DNA from: an uncultured Gammaproteobacteria bacterium
Lineage (GTDB): Bacteria; Pseudomonadota; Gammaproteobacteria; JAURND01
Direction: 5' to 3'
Assembly (NCBI GenBank): GCA_963714975.1
Contig: CAVQQD010000002.1
Span: 288,001 to 352,000, forward strand
DNA: 64,000 nucleotides
Below are positions 31,715 through 41,334 of the stretch, piece after piece. Below the pieces are notes generated by a model, which did not search any database, was not told the origin of the DNA, and worked only from the letters and a program-made list of their open reading frames with translations. Position 1 is the first letter of the stretch; every line of letters begins with the position of its first letter. Both the position numbers and the translations under genes were made by a program.

Positions 31715-32857
31715 ATGGAAAAAATATATTCCCCGCATGACCGATTTTTTCGCGCGGCAATGAGCGAGCCGCGTGTGGCGAAGGCGTTTTTCGAACATCA
31801 TTTACCAGAAGAAATTCTCAAAACCATAGATCTCGACACCTTGCGGGTAGATAAAGAAATTTTTGTGGATTCAAGGCTAAAGCTAGCGATTACAGATATA
31901 GTGTTTTCAGTAAATTATGCTAACAAGCCTGGTTCTTTGTATTTGCTGCTAGAACATCGCAGTAGTTTTACTCGTTGGCAAGCATTTATTTTATTGGTCT
32001 ACATGGTTGAAATCATGAAACTTCATCATAAAAAATTTAAGGACCAGCAGCATTTGCCTTTAATCTATCCCATAGTTTTCTATCACGGTGGAGTTGTCTA
32101 TCCTGGATCAACAGATTTATCGGATTTATTTCAGGATTCTCAGGAATTAATGCCACCCATATCCTGCCAACCATTTCAGCTGATTGATTTGAATACCATT
32201 CCAGATCAAGCTTTGAAAAAAGATGATTGGTTAAGTATAATGCACATCACAATGAAGTATATTCGGGCACCGGATATATTGCCCCATCTGGCGGGCCTGG
32301 CAAATGCCTGGAAAGAAGTGGATCGGGCAGGAGGGCATGATTATTTAGAAGCAGTCTTCACTTATATTTTTGCTGCAGCTGAGATAAGTGATCTCAATAA
32401 ATTAATTGAGCTCATACAAGAAAGTTTATCTGATAACTCACAGGAGAACGTTATGACCATTGCACAACAATTGATAGAGCGCGGGAGACAAGAAGCTAGG
32501 ACTGAAGTTATGACTATTGCAGAGCAGTTCGTAGAACGCGGGAGACAAGAAGCTAGGACTGAAGTTATGACTATTGCAGAGCAGTTCGTAGAACGCGGGA
32601 GACAAGAAGCTAGGACTGAAGTTATGACTATTGCAGAGCAGTTCGTAGAACGTGGGCGTCAAGAGGCTAGGGCTGAGGTTATGACTATTGCAGAGCAGTT
32701 CGTAGAACGTGGGCGACAACAAGGACAATCTGAAACGGCGGAAGCAATAGCCATGAAACTTTTGCAAACAGATTTTTCTGTTGAGCAGGTAGCACAATTA
32801 ACCATGTTGCCGGTAAAAATAGTGGCTAGGCTAGAGCAAGGAGAGAGTGTTACTTAA
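31715..32857 (+). CDS. Rpn family recombination-promoting nuclease (YhgA-like) with repeated C-terminal RpnS motif
   Basis: PHDRFF, FVD..L, TDIVFS, LLEHRS, LPLIYPIVFYHG, LIDL..IPD, MTIAxQ x5. Confidence 0.93.
   Translation: MEKIYSPHDRFFRAAMSEPRVAKAFFEHHLPEEILKTIDLDTLRVDKEIFVDSRLKLAITDIVFSVNYANKPGSLYLLLEHRSSFTRWQAFILLVYMVEIMKLHHKKFKDQQHLPLIYPIVFYHGGVVYPGSTDLSDLFQDSQELMPPISCQPFQLIDLNTIPDQALKKDDWLSIMHITMKYIRAPDILPHLAGLANAWKEVDRAGGHDYLEAVFTYIFAAAEISDLNKLIELIQESLSDNSQENVMTIAQQLIERGRQEARTEVMTIAEQFVERGRQEARTEVMTIAEQFVERGRQEARTEVMTIAEQFVERGRQEARAEVMTIAEQFVERGRQQGQSETAEAIAMKLLQTDFSVEQVAQLTMLPVKIVARLEQGESVT
32453..32725 (+). repeat. 57-bp tandem repeat (five MTIA starts)
   Basis: ATGs at 32453, 32510, 32567, 32624 and 32681; unit MTIAEQFVERGRQEARTEV. 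Confidence 0.95.
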
Positions 32858-32973
32858 CCTCATAGCTGCCTGGTTTTGCCAACTTTAGCAATGTAGTAGT
32901 GAATAGTTACCAAAAATGATAGAAATGATGACGCTGATGCCAAACCTCAATTGATTCATCGGCTCAGCAGCAT

Positions 32974-33320
32974 TAGACTAGTCCTCTTTTTAAAGGAGGG
33001 CTAATCATGGAAAAGAAATTTTTGTGAACTTAAAATTAAGGCGAGCCATGACAGATATAGTATTTTCAGTAAATTGTGCTAAAAAGCTAGGTTCTTTGTA
33101 TTTTTTGCTGGAACACCGTAGTAGCTTACAGTATATTCAAGAATCGGACAAATGGCCCCATCTGGCAGGCTTGGCAAATGCCTGGAAAGCAGTCGATAGG
33201 GCAGGCGGGCATGATTATTTAGAAGCAGTCTTTACTGATATTCTTGAGCAAGCTGAGATGAGTGGATCTAGGTAAATTAATTGAGTTTCTACTAGAAAGT
33301 ATATCTGAGTTACAGGAGAG
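32974..33320 (+). pseudogene. Internally deleted rpn copy
   Basis: Same upstream sequence and ATG (33007); retains TDIVFSV, LLEHRS, PHLAGLANAWK..DRAGGHDYLEAVFT; two large deletions; similarity ends at caggag. Confidence 0.88.
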
Positions 33321-33339
33321 CTGATCTAGGCTAATTTCC

Positions 33340-34062
33340 TTAGCGAATGCTATCACCCCCATCGACAAAAATGGTTGTTCCTGTGGTAAATTCATTGCAC
33401 ATCAAATACACGGCTGTTTGCGCGATATCTTCAGGTTTCCCAATTCTATTGAGTGGTAAATTTTTTGCGGTTTGTTCAAAAAATGCTTTCCGTTCAGTTT
33501 CTGGCATCGCTGAAAATAGCGGAGTGTCCACTATCCCAGGGCAAATAACATTAACACGCAAGGGCGCTAACTCTAAAGCCAAGGCTCGTGCCAAGGATTC
33601 CACTGCGCCGTTAATTGAGGCAGGAATAGCCGATCCGCGAACTGGTCGATGTGCCCAGCAACCTGAGAAGAAAGTAATCGAGCCGCCGCTATTTAAATTA
33701 GAGGCAGCAAATTTCGCCGCATAATATTGCCCCCAGAATTTACTCTGATAGGAATTATGTTCATCCTCATAAGCCATTTGGGTAAAACTCCCGATAGAGA
33801 CACTCGCTCCTGGAGTTAGCAAATGATCAAATCGACCGATTTGGGCAAAAAATGCTTGCAATTCTTCTGGCTGCGCAGCATCCAAAGCATGGATAGCTGC
33901 TTGCCCCGATAATAGATCGTTGGCCTGCTGCAGTTTCTCGATACTGCGCCCAGCCAAAATAAGCTCTGCGCCTAAAGAATTAGCTGCTACTGCAGTAGCC
34001 AATCCCATGCCAGAACTGCCACCTATTATAACGATTTTTTTCCTAGATAAATCGAACATCAA
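33340..34062 (-). CDS. SDR family oxidoreductase
   Basis: GGSSGMG, SKFWGQY, RVNVICPG, VDGG. Confidence 0.92.
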   Translation of the reverse strand: MMFDLSRKKIVIIGGSSGMGLATAVAANSLGAELILAGRSIEKLQQANDLLSGQAAIHALDAAQPEELQAFFAQIGRFDHLLTPGASVSIGSFTQMAYEDEHNSYQSKFWGQYYAAKFAASNLNSGGSITFFSGCWAHRPVRGSAIPASINGAVESLARALALELAPLRVNVICPGIVDTPLFSAMPETERKAFFEQTAKNLPLNRIGKPEDIAQTAVYLMCNEFTTGTTIFVDGGDSIR

Positions 34063-34083
34063 AATCTCCTAATTAAAGTTAGC

Positions 34084-34248
34084 CTCTATAGGGGACAAAA
34101 CATAATCCCTCCCTTGGGAAAAGGGGGATTAAGGGGGATTTAAAAAGATGAGGATGTTAATGTTATTTTCGTAGTACTCAATGCTGCTTTAAATCCCTCT
34201 TAACCTCCCTTTTCCCAAGGGAGGGATTATGTTTTGTCTCCTACAGAG
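34084..34248. repeat. Long inverted pair of family-B repeats (MITE-like)
   Basis: About 61-bp arms (34084-34144 and 34188-34248) with few mismatches around a 43-bp spacer. Confidence 0.85.
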
Positions 34249-34251
34249 AAG

Positions 34252-35718
34252 TTAATAGAGTAGGCTGTCCTCTGGGTTTGATTCTATGGTAAGCTTGAGT
34301 TGGTGAACTTCGCGCAGTATACAGCCTTCTGGCAAAAATTGTAAATTAAAATATCTCCTCAGGATACAATTGTGATTTTCTGCATTCCCATCTAGTCCTT
34401 CCCTGATCAATTCTTGAATAATTTCTTGCTTATTGGTGGGCTCTCTTAAGCAAGCAAGGGTTTTATCCGATGATGAAGGCTTTTCGTGCCATAACCAGCT
34501 TTGTTCGCCAAGCTTTGCTATTTCAGTTTGATATTGTTTAAACACAGAAGATTTATCCTCATTGGCCCGATATTTTTGTGCGTAATCTGCATAGAGGTCA
34601 TGTAATTTTCTATAAGATATGGATTTATTTAGTTGATTTATACTGATAGGATCATCGGCCCATACTGTTTGTAAGCTCTGTCTAATTGTAGAATTATTTT
34701 CATACAACAATTGCAAGTTGATATAAGCTTTTTTTGCCATGCCAGACAAATCCTTCAGCTTATCACTTGCGGCCAGTGTATCTAGCATAACCTCCATGTT
34801 TTCTGCATCAGAATAAAAATCCAACAATTCTTTAGAAGGTTTAAAATCTTGCTGGTTTTTCGAGTCACTGACCTCAGCTAAATCTTTTACCGCTTTAAAA
34901 TAGAGGGCTTCAGCCAGCCTATGTTGTTCATAATGCGACACTATTTCTGGCGAACCTAAGGCTTTTTTAAAATTATTTTTAAAGGAGTGGGCTGTATAGG
35001 GACTATCAAAGGTAGTTTGTAGTAAATTTATTGCCCTCCCAGCGTTTTTAGCCGCTTCAGAATCTGTTTTTTGTTTAACAAGTGCCCTAAAAATACCCTT
35101 TAATATTTGGTCCATAAGCACAGCACCCTCCTTTTCATCGTAAAGTTTATTAATCACAGGCTCTGCACTCTTATAACCATTGGCCATATTTGCTATATGC
35201 TGAGTTATTTGCTTGGATTCCATAGATTGAATTTCAGTAAAAACGCTGAGTCGTTCTGGGGGCGCCACATCTAGTGGGGTAGGGGATGAGATTGTATTTG
35301 AATTTTTATGGGATTGATTAGGTTCTAGCGGGAAAGTTTTGTTTAATGGTTTTGTTCTACTACCAATAAGTTCCTCATGCATAATTGGTTCTTCTCCTTT
35401 GGATGTTTTTGTAGGATCTTTGGGGTCTAATTGCAAGTTGGAACTTATATTCACAGTTTCGCTTGCTTGTGTCAATGGTTGAGGTAAGGTCGAACTGACA
35501 GGATTGCTTGGATTGTTTTGTGGTGCATCACCTTGTATTTCATCTGAAACTGGACGTGAGGATTTTATTATCCAATAAATAGCATAAGGAATAATCCACA
35601 GAGGAAATGATAATATTATTAATAAAGTTTTCCACCAGGCTCTAGTAGGTTCTGGCTTATTCAGTAAAGGAGATTGATCTAAGGTAGATTTTGAACTTGG
35701 CTCTTTCTGCTCTAACAT
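34252..35718 (-). CDS. Hypothetical protein with N-terminal TM (candidate effector)
   Basis: 488 aa; TM at about residues 29-51, S/P/T-rich linker, helical C-terminal region. Confidence 0.8.
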   Translation of the reverse strand: MLEQKEPSSKSTLDQSPLLNKPEPTRAWWKTLLIILSFPLWIIPYAIYWIIKSSRPVSDEIQGDAPQNNPSNPVSSTLPQPLTQASETVNISSNLQLDPKDPTKTSKGEEPIMHEELIGSRTKPLNKTFPLEPNQSHKNSNTISSPTPLDVAPPERLSVFTEIQSMESKQITQHIANMANGYKSAEPVINKLYDEKEGAVLMDQILKGIFRALVKQKTDSEAAKNAGRAINLLQTTFDSPYTAHSFKNNFKKALGSPEIVSHYEQHRLAEALYFKAVKDLAEVSDSKNQQDFKPSKELLDFYSDAENMEVMLDTLAASDKLKDLSGMAKKAYINLQLLYENNSTIRQSLQTVWADDPISINQLNKSISYRKLHDLYADYAQKYRANEDKSSVFKQYQTEIAKLGEQSWLWHEKPSSSDKTLACLREPTNKQEIIQELIREGLDGNAENHNCILRRYFNLQFLPEGCILREVHQLKLTIESNPEDSLLY

Positions 35719-35754
35719 ATTTTTTCACTTTCAGTAGGATAGTTAATTTAGCTC

Positions 35755-35787
35755 ATAGTATACTATTATTCTTAAAATAGGATTAAG
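35755..35787 (-). promoter_or_regulatory. PmrA-like box plus -10
   Basis: Minus strand cTTAATcctattTTAAG-N10-TACTAT. Confidence 0.55.
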
Positions 35788-35806
35788 GGTGACTCTTATA
35801 CAAGCA

Positions 35807-37120
35807 TTAAAAATGGCCAAAGTCCCGGAATAGCGATAGCAGCAAAACCAGATTTGCCACTACAATGAGACTGCCAAAAACCCACCCTATATATCGCATC
35901 CAGCGACGATTGACCAAATCTCCCATACAACTTGTATTGGAAGTAAGTAAGAGTAATGCCAGCATGGCTAAAGGCAATTGTAGGCTTAAAAAAACTTGTG
36001 ACCCTACTAACAGCATTGTGGTGCTGCTTTCACCACAATAAGCAATCACTATTATCGCAGGAATAATCGCCAGCAAACGGGTAATAAGACGCCGTAGCCA
36101 GGGCTTGATATGCAGCTTGATATATCCGGCCATCACTACCTGGCCGGCTAATGTGCCAGTAATGCTGGCGCTTTGTCCAGCTACTAATAACATGATCGCA
36201 AAAATAATAGCTGATACACTGGTTCCCAACAGGGGTGTGAATAGGCGATGGGCATCTGATAATGCTGTAATCTCTAGATGCCCGTTGTGATGAAATGTAC
36301 TTGCCGCTAAAATTACCAGTGCGATATTGAGAAGCATGGCTCCTCCCAGAGAAATAATGGTATTACATGTAGCTTGCATCGCGGCTTTATGAAGGTCATT
36401 CGAGCGATCTTTTATAACTAAATTGGAATGCAGATAAAGATTATGAGGCATGATCGTAGCCCCGATCACGCCTATGGCTAAAAAAAGTAATTGTGGATCA
36501 AATACCAGACGTTGCGTAGGTACAAAACCCTGCAAGATTTCTTTCATGATAGGCTGGGAAAGCGAAAGTTCATAGAGCAGACCGCAAGCAATAATAAATA
36601 AAAAAGATACAATGATGCGCTCTAGCAATCGTGACTTTCGTTTATCTAACGCAAGCATTAAGAACACATCCAATGTCGTCATCACTACGCCGATGGCAAT
36701 AGGAATATCGAACAATAATTTTAGCGCAATTGCTGCGCCTATCACTTCAGCCAGGTCAGTGGCCATGATCGTCAGTTCTGCAGCGATCCAGGCAGGTAAA
36801 GCGAATTTTGGCCAAACTTCACGTGATAGTTGAGCTAAATCTTTACCTGTGGCAATTCCTAAGCGTGCACTCATCACTTGTAAGAGCATAGCAATTAGAC
36901 TGGAAGCAAATACGATTGATAAAAGCGCATAACCTGCATAGGCACCCCCGGCAATATCCGTCGCCCAATTCCCGGGGTCTATATAGCCAACAGCTATCAA
37001 AGCGCCTGGGCCGATTAATGTTAGTTTTCGCCACCAAGCGGCTTTTTTAGTTTTTGCCGTTAAACTATGGGGTGTTTGAATTTCACCCCCTATTGCTTTG
37101 GAAGAGGAAGTTTCTACCAT
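35807..37120 (-). CDS. mntH: Nramp family Mn2+/H+ transporter
   Basis: GYIDPGNW, MPHNLYLHS, GTLAGQ.VM.G, SQVFLSLQLP. Confidence 0.93.
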   Translation of the reverse strand: MVETSSSKAIGGEIQTPHSLTAKTKKAAWWRKLTLIGPGALIAVGYIDPGNWATDIAGGAYAGYALLSIVFASSLIAMLLQVMSARLGIATGKDLAQLSREVWPKFALPAWIAAELTIMATDLAEVIGAAIALKLLFDIPIAIGVVMTTLDVFLMLALDKRKSRLLERIIVSFLFIIACGLLYELSLSQPIMKEILQGFVPTQRLVFDPQLLFLAIGVIGATIMPHNLYLHSNLVIKDRSNDLHKAAMQATCNTIISLGGAMLLNIALVILAASTFHHNGHLEITALSDAHRLFTPLLGTSVSAIIFAIMLLVAGQSASITGTLAGQVVMAGYIKLHIKPWLRRLITRLLAIIPAIIVIAYCGESSTTMLLVGSQVFLSLQLPLAMLALLLLTSNTSCMGDLVNRRWMRYIGWVFGSLIVVANLVLLLSLFRDFGHF

Positions 37121-37122
37121 AA

Positions 37123-38295
37123 TTAATCTGGCACTATGGGTGTGTCGCTTTTGGGTATGTTTGCCAGTACCGATTCATCAATATGCAAATGGGCGCGAAC
37201 TAGCTCATGGGGTGTTAATGATAACCATTGTGCCAACGAAATATCTTCAAAGTGATCACTGCGAAATAATTCAAGAAATCGCAAGGTGGTTGTGCCAGTA
37301 TTTTCAACATAATGGGGCATGAAACGTGGCACATAACCAATATCGCCCGCCTGATAATCGTAAGTCCCGGCATTAGAGTCGGCATTGAATACTGTCATGC
37401 GTGCCAGGCCAGAAAGATAATATTGCAATTCATCGCCATTGCTGTGCCAATGCAGTTCACGCATTCCGCCGGGTGCTACTTCCACCAGCGCTGCAGCGAT
37501 AGTTTTTGCCGCTTTGAAAGTATTCGAGTCAACAATGCGAATGGTGCCACTTTTGGTTCGCAAGGGTTGTTGAGTTAACATCCGATAACTAAACCAATCA
37601 GGTACTGGTCCCGCGCCTGCCAGGCGATCAGCGGTCAAAGGACCTGGAATAGCGGCTTGGAAAATATAAAGCTCTTTATCAGGTAGATGAGCAAATGCCT
37701 TTTCGGTTACCCCAAAATTTTTAGCAAGTATGTCCTTTGGCATATGCGACAGGACATCTGACAGCAAAAATGTTTTATTTTCATCGAAATAACCGTCATC
37801 AAAAACTAGCAAGAATTCACAACCATCCGGTTCAAGACCTTGAATAGAATGTGGAACTCCCGCAGGGAAAAACCATAAATCGCCTTCACCCACATCATCA
37901 GCAAAGGTACGATAATAGGCATCAACAGCGGTGATTCGCGCTCGACCTTTGAGCATGTAAGCCCATTCTGCCTCTTTATGCCAGTGCAACTCCCGAATGG
38001 CGCCTGCTTTAAGCCGCATATTAACCGCTGAAAGATCAGTTGCGATGGAAAGTTCTCTAAAGGTGACCTGACGTGCCCAACCACCCTCTTCCAATCGCAT
38101 ATGGCTATCGGTAAAGGACCATTTCAAATTAGGCATGGTACCCGAATCGGTGGGGGGAGGGCTGATCCTGTCGGGGTTTTCAAGCGCACGAGAAGGGTTA
38201 GTAGGCCCTAAAATAGATGCCCCTTTGTTACCGCGAATCGGGAGAGGTGACTGAGAGATTTTACGAGGTGTCTTTAACTTCGATCTGCGTGGCAT
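37123..38295 (-). CDS. Oxalate decarboxylase family bicupin
   Basis: GGWAR, RELHWH twice, PHSIQG, PHYVENTG. Confidence 0.92.
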   Translation of the reverse strand: MPRRSKLKTPRKISQSPLPIRGNKGASILGPTNPSRALENPDRISPPPTDSGTMPNLKWSFTDSHMRLEEGGWARQVTFRELSIATDLSAVNMRLKAGAIRELHWHKEAEWAYMLKGRARITAVDAYYRTFADDVGEGDLWFFPAGVPHSIQGLEPDGCEFLLVFDDGYFDENKTFLLSDVLSHMPKDILAKNFGVTEKAFAHLPDKELYIFQAAIPGPLTADRLAGAGPVPDWFSYRMLTQQPLRTKSGTIRIVDSNTFKAAKTIAAALVEVAPGGMRELHWHSNGDELQYYLSGLARMTVFNADSNAGTYDYQAGDIGYVPRFMPHYVENTGTTTLRFLELFRSDHFEDISLAQWLSLTPHELVRAHLHIDESVLANIPKSDTPIVPD

Positions 38296-38379
38296 ACTAA
38301 AACCTCCATATTTTATCGCTTAATTATAGGAGGGATTAGAAATTTTGCACGAGACTATACGGGTGCTCGAAGAACTGGT

Positions 38380-39294
38380 TTATTCCAACATCGGGTAGCG
38401 TCGCGTCAATTGTTTAAATGCCTTCATTACGCGGCTCACAGAAATAAAATATTTCCAATAGCGTTCTTTCCAGGTTTTTAAAATGAGCGGCACGGAAGGA
38501 AGTAAGGCAATGCCAGGCGCCCAGCTGGGTCTCCAGCGGAGTTTCAGTTTGCGGCGCTGCATTAAGGTTAGGGTAGGGATGCCCAGATTAGAGGCCAGGT
38601 GGCCAATGCCGGAGTCATTGCCAATAAACCAGCCGCTTTCGTAGAGCCAACGTGCTAATTGATCTAAATTATCTGGGATCTTATTGGCTAAATGATGAGT
38701 CTGAATCCAAGACACTTCCTTCAGCTCAGTAGGGGCCACCACAAACATCGGCTGATAACCAGCATTTATAAGTTGGTGGAATAACTCAATAAAACGATTC
38801 GCTAACCAATAACGAATTTTCATGTGCGCGGTAGGGTGAATAGCGACACGTTTTTGATGCTGGCGAAACAATAGGCCTGGAGGTGCTATAAGACCATTTG
38901 AGTGCACGACATCGGATAATTGCAGCAGTTCCTGACAGGCCGCCACTTGTAAATCGAGCATGGATTTACAACGACGATAAAGAGGATAATTATCAAAAGC
39001 TTCGACAAAGGTATGCCATTCTCGCGCTTGAAATAGCACGTCATGGGGATAAGAATGTAACAGCAAGTCAAAAGGTTTTAATATTTGCGTTGCGCTGGCC
39101 TCATCCGTGGGGTAGGGTTGAATATTATTCTCAGGGAACCAAGCACGAAGTGCATAAAGGTAATTGCTAAAAACAGTAACTGCATAATTATTACGGCGCA
39201 AGTTATGTACCACGACCATTGCTAATAAAGAATCCCCTAGCCGTGGTGACATAATAAAGGCAATGGTTTTCACTGAGGTCAAATTGATTGTCAT
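38380..39294 (-). CDS. Glycosyltransferase family 9 (heptosyltransferase-like)
   Basis: LGDSL, IHP, FIGNDSGIGHLAS.LGIPT. Confidence 0.85.
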   Translation of the reverse strand: MTINLTSVKTIAFIMSPRLGDSLLAMVVVHNLRRNNYAVTVFSNYLYALRAWFPENNIQPYPTDEASATQILKPFDLLLHSYPHDVLFQAREWHTFVEAFDNYPLYRRCKSMLDLQVAACQELLQLSDVVHSNGLIAPPGLLFRQHQKRVAIHPTAHMKIRYWLANRFIELFHQLINAGYQPMFVVAPTELKEVSWIQTHHLANKIPDNLDQLARWLYESGWFIGNDSGIGHLASNLGIPTLTLMQRRKLKLRWRPSWAPGIALLPSVPLILKTWKERYWKYFISVSRVMKAFKQLTRRYPMLE

Positions 39295-40568
39295 GAGCGG
39301 TTTCCTTCTGGAGAAGTCCTGGCAAAAAATAAGCTGGTAAATAACACATAAAAATGTCCGGTAACGCTAGCATAGATGAATGTATTAAACAAGGAAGCGA
39401 GCATGAAGGAAAAGATCAGGGCTTGTGCTATTTGACGTTCCCGACCTAGGTTAAAACTTATACGCCATTGCCAATAATAAAAATACAAGAAAATAACTAA
39501 GCCTACTAAACCAAATTGCACCAAAATGTGTAAATAATCACTATGCGGAGTGACTAAGTGTCCCGTCCAGCCTGGAATGCCCCCCACGCGTCGATTGGCT
39601 TCAGCAAAAGAGCCAGTGCCTAAACCAAAAATAACATTATGTTTAATCAAGTGCAGACTAAATTTATAAAAACTAATGCGAAAGCAACCCGAAGTTTTTT
39701 CCTGGGTGAGGACAGAACATTGCAAATCGGCACTCGCCTCATGGATTTTCGATTTAAAGGCTGGAGAAAATTGATAAGCTAACAGGCTGAGCAAAATTGC
39801 TATGACTGCTCCTATACCAATAGCTCTAAAAATTAGCAGGAGCCGATAGCTAAATTTCATAGGAATAGGACTCAGTGCATCTTTTTGGCAATGATGGATA
39901 CAAAATAATACCACCAACCCAAAATAAACGATCCACCCGGTACGTCCATCATTAATGAAAAATTCTTGATAGGTAAATGCTATGACTAGTATCCAATAAA
40001 TCCAGCGGTATTTTGCTGCAGTCCAAGCTCGATGGGCTAAAAGATAAGTAGCGAAAGCAATAAAATAGCTAGTTTCAATGTGGTTAGTAAAAATATAACT
40101 AGGATGAATTTGAGAATGACCAAAGACAAACTGGATCCCTAAAAAAGCTTTGAAATAAGAGAGCAGGACGGTAATTCCCACCGCCAATAAAAAAGCATTA
40201 ATTATCCACGGGCGCCAACGCTTGTTCAAGCATAGTGGGATCAAAAGTGGAATATAAAGTAATTTAGCATATTTATGTAATGCAGATGAAATGTCATGCC
40301 AGACGCCAATGCCCCACAAGGAGTCGATTATCACTAAGCCAAAAAATACTAGGGCAATGCGCACTAAAGGATGAGATTTTACTAGCTTAAACTCGGAGAA
40401 AAATAAACCGGATAGCAGGCATAAGGCCGCAGCAACAGGCATAAAAATATCGGTAGCGGTAATACTAATCGGACAGACAAAGGCTGCTAACACCAAAGCA
40501 ATGTGCCCTAATCGGTCTAAATAAGGGCATGAATTAAGATAAAATTTACGCAAGTTAGCAAAATACAT
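39291..40568 (-). CDS. O-antigen ligase family protein
   Basis: Polytopic; GRTG, R..FYK, FGLGTGSF, PHSDYL...QFGLVG. Confidence 0.85.
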   Translation of the reverse strand: MYFANLRKFYLNSCPYLDRLGHIALVLAAFVCPISITATDIFMPVAAALCLLSGLFFSEFKLVKSHPLVRIALVFFGLVIIDSLWGIGVWHDISSALHKYAKLLYIPLLIPLCLNKRWRPWIINAFLLAVGITVLLSYFKAFLGIQFVFGHSQIHPSYIFTNHIETSYFIAFATYLLAHRAWTAAKYRWIYWILVIAFTYQEFFINDGRTGWIVYFGLVVLFCIHHCQKDALSPIPMKFSYRLLLIFRAIGIGAVIAILLSLLAYQFSPAFKSKIHEASADLQCSVLTQEKTSGCFRISFYKFSLHLIKHNVIFGLGTGSFAEANRRVGGIPGWTGHLVTPHSDYLHILVQFGLVGLVIFLYFYYWQWRISFNLGRERQIAQALIFSFMLASLFNTFIYASVTGHFYVLFTSLFFARTSPEGNRS

Positions 40569-40571
40569 TTT

Positions 40572-41333
40572 TTAAGTCTCTAGCCAGAACTCAGCATATA
40601 ACGGGGCATGATCCGATAAACGTCGCCAAGGTAATTTATAGAGGCATTTACAGCTCAAGGCTTTGGTGCCTCGGTAATAAATCCGATCCACCGCTAAAGT
40701 AGGCCGCCAAGCAGGAAAAGTTTTGGCGTGTTTGCCGGTTAATTCTTTAAAAACTTCTGATAATTGCAAATGCGTTTCAAGAAAACGCTCTGCCTGGGCC
40801 AGCCAGTCATTAAAATCGCCGGCAATAATCAGCGGTGCGTCTTTCGGAACATGAGATTCAATGCGTTCGCATAAAGTTGTTAATTGGCGCAGTCGTTCCA
40901 TCCTGAACAAGCCGAGATGAATGCATATCACATGGATAGGGGACAAAACATGAGGAATATTCAATATACCATGCAATAAACTGCGGCTCGCTCTTGTGTG
41001 TTCAGAGACATCAATATTTTCCCAGGAAATAAATGGAAATTTACTTAAAATCGCATTTCCATGATGGCCTTGGTCGTAGATAGCATTTTTACCATAAGCA
41101 AAATGCGGCCAAAGTTGTGCGGCCAAAAATTCAAATTGAGATTGACTGGGCCAATTCTCAATCTTGGTTTCATAAACTTTGTGTTGGCCCTGAATTTCTT
41201 GTAAAAATACAATATGAGGATGTATGGTGTCGATGGCTTCCTTAATTTGGTGGAGGACGAAACGCGAAACCATTGCGCTAAAGCCTTTATGGATGTTATA
41301 GGTAAGAATTTTGATCACTTCTTGATCTGACAT
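40572..41333 (-). CDS. ybhP: Endonuclease/exonuclease/phosphatase family protein (YbhP-like)
   Basis: TYNIHKG, FLQE, QFEFLA, HHGNAILS, AGDFNDW, DRIY, LSDH. Confidence 0.88.
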   Translation of the reverse strand: MSDQEVIKILTYNIHKGFSAMVSRFVLHQIKEAIDTIHPHIVFLQEIQGQHKVYETKIENWPSQSQFEFLAAQLWPHFAYGKNAIYDQGHHGNAILSKFPFISWENIDVSEHTRASRSLLHGILNIPHVLSPIHVICIHLGLFRMERLRQLTTLCERIESHVPKDAPLIIAGDFNDWLAQAERFLETHLQLSEVFKELTGKHAKTFPAWRPTLAVDRIYYRGTKALSCKCLYKLPWRRLSDHAPLYAEFWLET

Positions 41334-41334
41334 G

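Noticed and set aside
32453-32725. 57-bp repeats as a CRISPR array
   Set aside because: Contiguous in-frame coding repeats with no unique spacers and no cas genes
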